Origin: a virus
Strand: one strand, 5' to 3'
Virus record (IMG/VR): IMGVR_UViG_3300021093_000006
DNA: 64,000 nucleotides
The notes below the pieces were generated by a model. That model was not told where the DNA came from. It saw nothing but the letters and a program-made list of their open reading frames with translations, and made no database searches. This document shows, piece after piece, positions 18,233-26,954 of the stretch (the first letter of the stretch is position 1; every line of letters starts with the position of its first letter). Made by a program: the position numbers and the translations under genes.

Positions 18233-18865
18233 TTACTTCCACTTACCCTCTTTCATCATTTGCCCTAAAACACAGGTATATGCATCTGTCATATCATAAT
18301 TTTCTTTTGTTAATTTTTGATGTCTATCATACATCCATATAATTTGAGGTTCTCTTTCATTTACTTTTTCCCAAATAACTACCTTTTTATCTGTATCCCA
18401 AGGATACGCACCAAACAAAACAGGTTGTTTTTTATCAATATCTTTTTCAGTATACGCCTCACCTTTTTTATTATGTGTTCTAACTTGCATTAAATCAGGA
18501 AATGCAAATTTTCTGGCATCATAAGACGATATAAATTCGGGAACAATGTTTAGGACTTCATAAACTGATCTACAAATCATCCCATTGAATCGTAATAGTG
18601 TGGAAACCGTATTTACATTATTAGATTGTAATAAAGGTTCTTCTATGATTACTCTACTAATATCTATATCACTATACTTTTCTAAAAAATCAAACTGAAA
18701 AACTTGCGCCTTTTTGATTAATAATTCAATATTATCAACGGGTTTTGGTTTAACTTTAGGTGTTATGTGAGTTAATAATTGTAATTTACCGTTATCACCA
18801 TTATCTTCAAATAAAGATATACCTATTGTTTTAGTGGATACATCCAATCCTAATATTCTACTCAT
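18233..18865 (-). CDS. ruvC: RuvC-like Holliday junction resolvase
   Basis: ILGLDVSTKTIG, VIIEEP and DMTDAY acidic catalytic motifs. Confidence 0.8.
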   Translation of the reverse strand: MSRILGLDVSTKTIGISLFEDNGDNGKLQLLTHITPKVKPKPVDNIELLIKKAQVFQFDFLEKYSDIDISRVIIEEPLLQSNNVNTVSTLLRFNGMICRSVYEVLNIVPEFISSYDARKFAFPDLMQVRTHNKKGEAYTEKDIDKKQPVLFGAYPWDTDKKVVIWEKVNEREPQIIWMYDRHQKLTKENYDMTDAYTCVLGQMMKEGKWK

Positions 18866-18886
18866 AAAAACTTTAATAAAAAAATG

Positions 18887-20182
18887 TTATATTATAATTT
18901 GTACATCGAAAACTACAAAATCATTTTTCTTTTTAACTATATGTCTATCTGTCTTACCTATTGCTAAAACATTTCCAGATATATCTGTTATCGCAACTTC
19001 ACTAATTCTAACATCATCATAAACTGTTAATGTTTCATTTTGTGAATTATAAAATTCACCTCTAGCTGCAATACAAACAATATTCTGTACTAAATCTTTT
19101 TGTATGCTATCGATAACCGTATTATAAGTACTAGCACTATAATAGTAAAGTCCTAAACTATTATTTATGATATTTGTATCAGTATCCCCACTAAAATTAA
19201 TTGCAATATTATTAACTATATTCGTATCAGTTATTGCAAAAATACCTTTATCTAAATATATAACACCCGCAATTTTATCTGCATAAATTCCTGTAGATGA
19301 TACTGTTTGCACATTTATCAATTCTTTACCATTCAAACTAAACGGTTTAAAGGTATCGTAACCAGTTGACCAACTTTTTGAGGTATTATTATTTGGTTTT
19401 TTAATTTTATCAGAAACTAAATACGAAACGTTTATTTTTCTACCAAAAAGGGATTGCGGATAACTACTTTCATCAATATACTGATTATCTAATTCTGTTT
19501 TAGGTATTGTAGTTCTAGGGTATGTACTATATATTTCATAGGTTGTTATACCCGTTGGCGTTCCTCCAGTAGTAAAACCAGTATAAACAGGTAAATTAAT
19601 TTTTACACTTTTCCCATCTATTATCTCACCATACTGACTATTATTAATTACACCTAATAAAACTTTTGTCATACCTAAACCGCTGAAAGGTGTGTCTAAC
19701 CATCCCCCATTTTGTGAAGTTGTTCCCGTATAAATGTTTACTGTCTTAGGTTTAATGGGTAATGATAAACTTTTAAAATAGTTAGTATTTTGACTGAATG
19801 TATCGATTCTATCTATTTGAACATAAGTCAAATTAGAACCGCTAACAGTAGTTTCACCTATTTCATTAGTTACTATATTTACCTTAGCGGAATTAGCTTC
19901 AACAGATTTTTTTATGGTTGGTGCGACAGTTACAAACAATTTACTATTAATACCTAAATTTTCAGAAATATTATCATTTGTATTATTCCCACTACCTAAA
20001 TCACCACTATCCGCAGGAATTCTACCCGTATTTAATTTACTTTCTGTATTGTAATTTGCATCAGAATCCCCCAAAATAAAGTGTGAGAAAATTGTATTAC
20101 TACCAGTTAATAATCTTTGTCTACCAAGATTAGTTAATCTAGCTCTAATTGTTACTGTGGTTGCACTATTTATGAATCCCAT
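18887..20182 (-). CDS. Virion structural protein, tail-collar (DUF3751-like) ends; paralogue of 20195..22438
   Basis: N-terminal RLTNLGRQRL...FILGDSDANY; C-terminal ISEVAITDISGNVLAIGK. Confidence 0.65.
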   Translation of the reverse strand: MGFINSATTVTIRARLTNLGRQRLLTGSNTIFSHFILGDSDANYNTESKLNTGRIPADSGDLGSGNNTNDNISENLGINSKLFVTVAPTIKKSVEANSAKVNIVTNEIGETTVSGSNLTYVQIDRIDTFSQNTNYFKSLSLPIKPKTVNIYTGTTSQNGGWLDTPFSGLGMTKVLLGVINNSQYGEIIDGKSVKINLPVYTGFTTGGTPTGITTYEIYSTYPRTTIPKTELDNQYIDESSYPQSLFGRKINVSYLVSDKIKKPNNNTSKSWSTGYDTFKPFSLNGKELINVQTVSSTGIYADKIAGVIYLDKGIFAITDTNIVNNIAINFSGDTDTNIINNSLGLYYYSASTYNTVIDSIQKDLVQNIVCIAARGEFYNSQNETLTVYDDVRISEVAITDISGNVLAIGKTDRHIVKKKNDFVVFDVQIII

Positions 20183-20194
20183 TTTTTTAAAAAT

Positions 20195-22438
20195 TTAAAA
20201 GTCTATTGTTAATTCTATTGACGCAGTTGTAGAATCCGAAATTCTTATCGGTCTAGACAACTTACCAACTAAAACTAAATTTTGATTATTATCTAAAATA
20301 CCTATTTCACTCACATATCTATCATCCCCAAATTCAAAAGTAGGGTTACTACTTGATGCGATGGATGCTCCATCAATATTAATATTAAATAATGATTTAT
20401 ATATTGTTGCACCTATATGTGTTCTAAGGTTACCATAAAATAATCTTTCATCACCAAAAGTCATTCTATCGTAATAACTTGCATTTGTTAAATCTAATTC
20501 CGCACCTAAGTTAAATGTAGTGGCACCTGTATATAAAGATCCTGTTAAAATAAATCCTGTAATATTGGGATTTTGGTTTTCGAATAACAATGGATTTATA
20601 GTTTCACCACTATTACCTGTTATGTTTGTAGACGTAAAATCAACAACTTTCCAATTAGAAGGTAAAGGTCTAGTTTGTGTACTAATGTTAATTACTTGAG
20701 ATAATACTTTAAAAGTATCCGCAAAAAATCCATATCCATCATATAAGACATTTTCTCTTTTTCTCATATAAGGTAGTTGTCCAACATTATTAATTCTAAA
20801 TTGAACATCTTTATCAGAATTAGTATCATTATCAATTACAATATATCTTTGACAAGGTAAAATTGGTGTAGTAACTGTGGTGGTACCTGTTGTACCTGTA
20901 CCAACATTTTCTAACCAATATGTTAAATACATCCTTTCTCCCGCTTTTAAAGATCCAGTACAATTTCCATTTATTGGTGAAATTAATTCCGCTGATAAAT
21001 CAGGTAAAGTATAATTTCTATTTGACCTATAAGACATTGCTGCAACTAATTCCTCATTATCTATAACTACTATCTGTAATTGAGGGAAGACTTTACCCAC
21101 AACTAATGGTAATGTAGGAGTTACTGACATACCACTAAATTCGATAAGATCATAATATTCAATATCATTATTAGATGATAATGTTTTTTTAATTGTGTCA
21201 GATGTAAATCTCATCCCTAATGTTGTTCCACTTCCTGAACCAACATCATTTCTTCTATGCCACATTACAGGTATATCTAAATTTAATAATTTACCTGTTT
21301 CTTGATCAATATAAAATTGTTCACCATAAAAATTAGAAATACAACTGTTTGTATAATGTATAATAGAAATTGATTTCCTATACGGATCAATATAACTTAA
21401 TGCTTGATTTACACCACAAATAGATGTTGCATCATTTGTATCACAAACTAAATTTTCATTATACCCTAAATATTGTTTTGTACCTGTATAATGTTCTGAA
21501 CCAAATAAATTGTGTTCATGAAAATTAATCGGTGAGTCTTTAAATAACCCTGCAGGATTTTCTGTCCAAACATTATTCATATTCCAAACGGGTATATTTT
21601 CCACACAAATATCGCAACTACTATCAAATGACAACGTACCTGTATTCCAATAAGCGGATAATGAATTTAAACCATAATAATCATCAGTAGGGTTATCACC
21701 ACCTGGAATTGTATAATAAGTAATTATTGTACCTGAATATGCACTTAATGTAGGTAAAGTTCTATCTACTCTAATTGTTGACCCACTTAAATACGTAATA
21801 TTATATGTGGTGTTAACTGTCGCACCAGTCATAGTATCACCAGTAACATTTCCTAATGTAGGGTTACTAAATCTAAATACTATGTAATCGTTTACACTAG
21901 TTGCAGTTAGTGGAGAATCTAAAACTAAAATACCTTGTGTGTAAGTTGTAAAATCGGCAGAACCGTCAAATTTACCTAAATCAATTGTTCCACTTTCTTT
22001 TATAAATTTACTTCCTGTTTGAGCAACTAAACCTGTATCAACAGTTGACCCAGAAAAGAATCCTCTGTCTTCAGCTTCGTTAGTGACAATACCTTTTATT
22101 AATTGTATATTACTTTGTTGATTTAAAGGATAAACGAATTGATTACTTTGGTTAAGTAGGAACGTAGAGAAAAAGGGATTATCGTCTTTAGGTCTCAATA
22201 CTTTTGAAAAAATATTTTTTTGTATGTTACCATCTGCCTCAACAAAATAAAATTCTCCCGTTGACGCACCTATAGATGGAACAAATTCCTTCCAACCCTT
22301 CACATAATTATAATCCACTTCTGAATCACCAATTATATAATTGGCAAAAGTTAATTGTCCTTTAGCTAACTGTTCTCTACCACTATCAGTTAATTTTACT
22401 CTTACTAATGTTGTACTTTGTTTATTTATATAACTCAT
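20195..22438 (-). CDS. Virion structural protein, tail-collar (DUF3751-like) ends
   Basis: N-terminal KLTDSGREQL...YIIGDSEVDY; C-terminal VSEIGILDNNQNLVLVGKLSRP. Confidence 0.65.
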   Translation of the reverse strand: MSYINKQSTTLVRVKLTDSGREQLAKGQLTFANYIIGDSEVDYNYVKGWKEFVPSIGASTGEFYFVEADGNIQKNIFSKVLRPKDDNPFFSTFLLNQSNQFVYPLNQQSNIQLIKGIVTNEAEDRGFFSGSTVDTGLVAQTGSKFIKESGTIDLGKFDGSADFTTYTQGILVLDSPLTATSVNDYIVFRFSNPTLGNVTGDTMTGATVNTTYNITYLSGSTIRVDRTLPTLSAYSGTIITYYTIPGGDNPTDDYYGLNSLSAYWNTGTLSFDSSCDICVENIPVWNMNNVWTENPAGLFKDSPINFHEHNLFGSEHYTGTKQYLGYNENLVCDTNDATSICGVNQALSYIDPYRKSISIIHYTNSCISNFYGEQFYIDQETGKLLNLDIPVMWHRRNDVGSGSGTTLGMRFTSDTIKKTLSSNNDIEYYDLIEFSGMSVTPTLPLVVGKVFPQLQIVVIDNEELVAAMSYRSNRNYTLPDLSAELISPINGNCTGSLKAGERMYLTYWLENVGTGTTGTTTVTTPILPCQRYIVIDNDTNSDKDVQFRINNVGQLPYMRKRENVLYDGYGFFADTFKVLSQVINISTQTRPLPSNWKVVDFTSTNITGNSGETINPLLFENQNPNITGFILTGSLYTGATTFNLGAELDLTNASYYDRMTFGDERLFYGNLRTHIGATIYKSLFNINIDGASIASSSNPTFEFGDDRYVSEIGILDNNQNLVLVGKLSRPIRISDSTTASIELTIDF

Positions 22439-22454
22439 TTTCCTCTATTTTTTA

Positions 22455-22461
22455 ATAAATA
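22455..22461 (-). promoter_or_regulatory. TATTTAT putative late-promoter motif
   Basis: aaTATTTATtaa, 16 nt before the start at 22438. Confidence 0.5.
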
Positions 22462-22478
22462 TTCTAAATTTCATATTA

Positions 22479-25385
22479 TTAATATGTGTTACCTGCATTT
22501 GTTAGTATTTCTATATTATTTATACTACTATAATTAACACTATATATTGTTTCACCTATAATAGGGGTATAAAATTTTTCATTTTTTACCCTATATATAA
22601 ATTTATCACCCGCACTAGCATTTGTCAATGTTAAATTTAAACTATATGTTTTTAACCCCACTACATATTCAACTACTTCACTATAAATGATATTTTGGAA
22701 ATTTATATCTAATGGGTCAGTAACCTCAACAGTGAATTTACCATTAAGACTTAGTGGTGCTGAGTTAATTGACCAACTCAATATAGGGTTGTTTGTTGAA
22801 ATTCCTCCATTTGCAGGTGCGGTAGGTACATAAAATGCTTGTAGTATATCACCTATACTTAAATTTTCTTCTAAAATAATTCTTCTTGCATCACTAACTG
22901 ATGGATAATATTCTATATCTTTAGTTAAAACAGAACCATTTAAAGATAAAACTGAATCACTATTAGGTACACTAACTAAATAAAATTCATACTTATTTGT
23001 AGTTGTATTATAAAATACTCTATCAGTAGTAGATTGTGTCCCAGTTGCACCACTAACTATTGGGGTTGTAATAGTGTAAATATCACCAAATAAATCGTTA
23101 GCCTTACCATCGGTTATGAATGCGTAAGTTAAAATTTGTTTATCTAATGGTGTAAATAATAATTTTATGTATGGTGTTGATGCGGTTGTATTTGCACTAT
23201 ATTCTATATTTTTTGCTAATACAGAACCATTATAGCTTACTATTGGATCGGATAAACCTTGTATACTATATTCAGTAGTACCAGTTTCAGTGAATTGTGT
23301 GGAAACCACCAATGAATTCAATGAAGGTGCTGACGGTGCTTTATTATCATTAAATGTAGGTATTTCTGCCTCAAATAAATTTATAAAATACCAATCTGTT
23401 TCTGGATAATATAAACCATATAAATTTCCCCTCTTATATGTATCAACACTATTTTTTCTTACTAACTGTTGTTTAGCTAAAAATGTGTTTACATCATAAC
23501 TCCAATAAGGTTTAATTAAGAATTCACCTTCACCTATATTTAAAGAGGGTATAAATATTGTATTTCCAGTATTTCCAGTTAAATCTACATATGGGAGTGA
23601 AAAATTATATAATGCAGAAGTATCAAAAAATCCACTACTTTGGTTATATTTATAAACTTCACCGTAAAAAGATAACTTATTAGTTTCAATCACACCATTT
23701 ATATTATTCACTAAAAGTTCGAAAGAAAAACCTGTTCTACTTCTAGGTGTTATATAAACACATCTATCACAAGATAATGATTTAGTAGTAACTATATTCG
23801 GTAATCCCCAATAAGAAGTTGTACCTGTTATTTGTGGAGTATTTAAATTAAACGCATTTTGTTCAAAATTACACTGAACTCCTAATCCATTTGGTCTATG
23901 TATAATATGTAAATTATTACTATTATAATCTGCAACATATATTCTTTCATCAGGTGCCATTTGTAATGCCCCTAAACTAGATCCTGTTACATTTGCAATA
24001 GTTATTACATTTTCTAAAATCTCAGTAGATGATGTATAAGATAAATCAAACTGATATATCTTTTCACCCGCACCTTCTGAAACATAAAATTTAGAGGAAT
24101 CCGATGAAAATTCTAAACCATAAGGTCCAACATCGAAAGTCATTCCTGTTATAGTTATTAGATTAGATAAAGTTCCTGCAGAGGATTCAAAATCTAAAAT
24201 ATCTATTATATCTTCATCATATAATAGAGAAATTAATTTAGAACCATCAGGAGATGTTTTCATATAACCTCTCGCACTATTATGAACACTACCTATATTC
24301 GATACTATTGGACCACTTAAACCTAAAGAATTAACACTATAAACGTAGTAATTAGTGTCACCACTAGTATGTGTAATTACCCAAAAATCCTCCCCATTAC
24401 TATGATTACATGCAGTAACTTTTTCAGTCAAAGGTGAATTGATGAGTTTAATATTTTTAGTCTCAACCTCACCTTGTCCATTTTGTAAATCCATATTTAC
24501 TACTGAGTATTCAAAACCATTTGGTGATCCATTATAGTCAGTAGTAAATACAAAATATTTATTTGAGTTTGATCTAGGTACAATGATAGAAGATTGTGTA
24601 GATGTTCCAGAACTAGATAAACCTGTACCATTTAACATTATAGTATTTGCACTAGTATATATAGTCTCTCCATTAGTATAAAATAAAAGACTACCTTTTT
24701 CATTAGATATAGATGAAACACCTTCTTGTGAAACCATTGATCCTGTGATCGGTATAGGTTCATTACCGTTTATAATATTATTAAAATCTATTCCCGCATT
24801 TTGCCCAAATAACCAGTTATAATTTAATCTATCATACGTATAACCTGTATATGTTACTGGTCCACATAATGTATCGGCAGAAGTTGCAGGTATTTTTCTA
24901 ACACCTCTCATAGTAATTTGTGGGAAATCAAAACTATCAAAGTCTGATCTTTCAATATGACTATACATTTCTCTGTTACTTACAGGCTCCCACCCAAAAT
25001 TTTGACTTTCACTTCTACTCGAAAGTAATTGATAAGTTTTACCTCCATCAATATACCTTATTTGGTTATTTGGGTATATTGGTATTGGTAATATAGTATC
25101 GCTACTATTACCTGATAAAAATAATGTTAATGTCTTTTCTGTTAACAAATTTCTAAAAATAGATTGCCCGTATTTTTCTGGTTTAGAAAAAGTAAAAATA
25201 TTATCTATTCTAGATAAATCTAAAGGTAAGAATAATGCAGTTCTTGTTTCTAAAAATGTAGATAGTGAAGATGCCTGATAAGTCATATCTGTACCAATTC
25301 TAACTTCAACAGGTGTTTCTATTTCATTTATAACTTCACCACCCATTAAAATGGGATTTATTATTTTACCTCTAATACTCGCCAT
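22479..25385 (-). CDS. Tail or baseplate-associated protein with a central beta-propeller and an FN3-like C-terminus (receptor-binding candidate)
   Basis: NWLFGQNAGIDF...YMKTSPDG...YGLEFSSDS...GALQMAPDERIY...GLPN; two NGSVL.K.IEY repeats. Confidence 0.65.
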   Translation of the reverse strand: MASIRGKIINPILMGGEVINEIETPVEVRIGTDMTYQASSLSTFLETRTALFLPLDLSRIDNIFTFSKPEKYGQSIFRNLLTEKTLTLFLSGNSSDTILPIPIYPNNQIRYIDGGKTYQLLSSRSESQNFGWEPVSNREMYSHIERSDFDSFDFPQITMRGVRKIPATSADTLCGPVTYTGYTYDRLNYNWLFGQNAGIDFNNIINGNEPIPITGSMVSQEGVSSISNEKGSLLFYTNGETIYTSANTIMLNGTGLSSSGTSTQSSIIVPRSNSNKYFVFTTDYNGSPNGFEYSVVNMDLQNGQGEVETKNIKLINSPLTEKVTACNHSNGEDFWVITHTSGDTNYYVYSVNSLGLSGPIVSNIGSVHNSARGYMKTSPDGSKLISLLYDEDIIDILDFESSAGTLSNLITITGMTFDVGPYGLEFSSDSSKFYVSEGAGEKIYQFDLSYTSSTEILENVITIANVTGSSLGALQMAPDERIYVADYNSNNLHIIHRPNGLGVQCNFEQNAFNLNTPQITGTTSYWGLPNIVTTKSLSCDRCVYITPRSRTGFSFELLVNNINGVIETNKLSFYGEVYKYNQSSGFFDTSALYNFSLPYVDLTGNTGNTIFIPSLNIGEGEFLIKPYWSYDVNTFLAKQQLVRKNSVDTYKRGNLYGLYYPETDWYFINLFEAEIPTFNDNKAPSAPSLNSLVVSTQFTETGTTEYSIQGLSDPIVSYNGSVLAKNIEYSANTTASTPYIKLLFTPLDKQILTYAFITDGKANDLFGDIYTITTPIVSGATGTQSTTDRVFYNTTTNKYEFYLVSVPNSDSVLSLNGSVLTKDIEYYPSVSDARRIILEENLSIGDILQAFYVPTAPANGGISTNNPILSWSINSAPLSLNGKFTVEVTDPLDINFQNIIYSEVVEYVVGLKTYSLNLTLTNASAGDKFIYRVKNEKFYTPIIGETIYSVNYSSINNIEILTNAGNTY

Positions 25386-25388
25386 ATT

Positions 25389-26912
25389 TTATCTAACTAA
25401 ATAAAGTGCAATTTCATCATTTATATCTTCCATTTTAATCCATCTAGAAGGTATTTGTTGATTTTTAAGAATTCTTATCTGCCCTAATAAACCTACAATA
25501 TTCCATTCAGGTCTTTCTGATCTAGGAATATACGGTATATTAGGATTGTATTTAACTGATATTTTCTTAACTGTTTGAGTGGTTTTTTTATATATAATTT
25601 TATTTTTCGAATCCACCCCAACAGGAATTTCTGCCTCAACATCTTCCATAATATGTCTACCCCATTCATCTTTTTCGTATTTATCGATCCACTCATCGGC
25701 AGTACCTTCTTCTGCATTCCCTAATATCAAAGGCTTAGATGAAATTACCCCTATTGCGTTATTTGGGTTTTCACAAACTTTTATTTTTTTACCTACTAAT
25801 TCTACTACCGTACCAAAAGGTAATGAATCACCTGATAACGATTCAAAATATTCAGCATAGTCAGCAGAAGACATTGTTAATGTTCCAGCAATATTTAAAT
25901 TACCATTACTACTAACCCTTAAAAGATTTGCCCTAGCAACATTTGACGTTCCCCCACCTATTATAAAATATTGGCTTGCATTTGAGGTATTATTAAATCT
26001 ACCTGACACATGCTGGTAATCTTCGTAAGCGATGGTACCTATACCCTCAGCATGAGAATATAATCCTGATGCCGTTGTTTCACTACCTTCAGCGTGAGAA
26101 TAATCTCCTGATGCAATTGTTAAATACCCTTCAGCATGAGAACTTGTTCCAGAAGCAATTGTTAATCCACCTTCAGCGTGAGAACTTGTTCCAGAAGCAA
26201 TTGTTAAATACCCTTCAGCGTGAGAATAATCTCCTGATGCAATTGTTAAATACCCTTCAGCGTGAGAATAATCTCCTAATGCAATTGTTTCACTACCTTC
26301 AGCGTGAGAACTTGTTCCAGAAGCAATTGTTAAATACCCTTCAGCGTGAGAATAATCTCCTGAAGCAGTAACTCCGTCACCAAATGAAAAACTTAATATT
26401 CCCGTTGATGTTGATCCGATAGACCGAACTTCATCATGTACAGTTATCGGTGAGCATCCGTGTAAATTTGTTAAATATAAATCAGTTATACATGTTGCAG
26501 AAGTATTTCCAGTAAACGTTCCACTTCCACCAGATGATGTAACTCCTGTAACTTGAAAACTATTATTTTGATTATTAGTAAATGTTAATGTCCCGCTAGA
26601 ATATGTACCACCCGTAACGTAAGTATCACCAGTTATCTGAACACCGTTAACTAATAAATTAGTGGTAGATATAGTATTCGCAGTTAATCCATTTGTAAAA
26701 TTTGTTGCCCCCGATACTGTTCCACCACTTAAAGGTAAATAATTACCTGTTACTGTTCCACCACTAATAGAAGATAATAATACCCCAATAGTTGATGCAT
26801 ATGAAGAACCCGCAGGATTTTGTGAAGTATCACCTGTTTTCACTACATGAATAAGATCGTTTAATCCTACACTGTTAGTTATTATTCTATCGGTTAGTCT
26901 TTGTTTTGCCAT
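25389..26912 (-). CDS. Tail fibre/spike with 14-aa trimeric-adhesin-like repeats and a C-terminal intramolecular chaperone (Peptidase_G2-like)
   Basis: Eight SHAEGxxTxAxG repeats; C-terminal SADYAEYFES...GVIS...R.EW..VGLLGQI. Confidence 0.8.
   Translation of the reverse strand: MAKQRLTDRIITNSVGLNDLIHVVKTGDTSQNPAGSSYASTIGVLLSSISGGTVTGNYLPLSGGTVSGATNFTNGLTANTISTTNLLVNGVQITGDTYVTGGTYSSGTLTFTNNQNNSFQVTGVTSSGGSGTFTGNTSATCITDLYLTNLHGCSPITVHDEVRSIGSTSTGILSFSFGDGVTASGDYSHAEGYLTIASGTSSHAEGSETIALGDYSHAEGYLTIASGDYSHAEGYLTIASGTSSHAEGGLTIASGTSSHAEGYLTIASGDYSHAEGSETTASGLYSHAEGIGTIAYEDYQHVSGRFNNTSNASQYFIIGGGTSNVARANLLRVSSNGNLNIAGTLTMSSADYAEYFESLSGDSLPFGTVVELVGKKIKVCENPNNAIGVISSKPLILGNAEEGTADEWIDKYEKDEWGRHIMEDVEAEIPVGVDSKNKIIYKKTTQTVKKISVKYNPNIPYIPRSERPEWNIVGLLGQIRILKNQQIPSRWIKMEDINDEIALYLVR
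26029..26364 (-). repeat. Eight imperfect 42-bp coding tandem repeats
   Basis: Recurring CCTTCAGC(G/A)TGAGAA at 42-nt spacing. Confidence 0.9.
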
Positions 26913-26927
26913 TTTATTCTTTTATTT

Positions 26928-26934
26928 ATAAATA
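26928..26934 (-). promoter_or_regulatory. TATTTAT putative late-promoter motif
   Basis: Lies within the perfect palindrome TATTTATAAATA (26923-26934), before the start at 26912. Confidence 0.5.
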
Positions 26935-26954
26935 TTATCTTTACAACATTATTA

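Noticed and set aside
26029-26364. 42-bp repeats as a CRISPR array or DGR template/variable repeat
   Set aside because: The units are contiguous and in frame with no unique spacers. Differences are not adenine-specific, and there is no cas or reverse transcriptase gene in the window.
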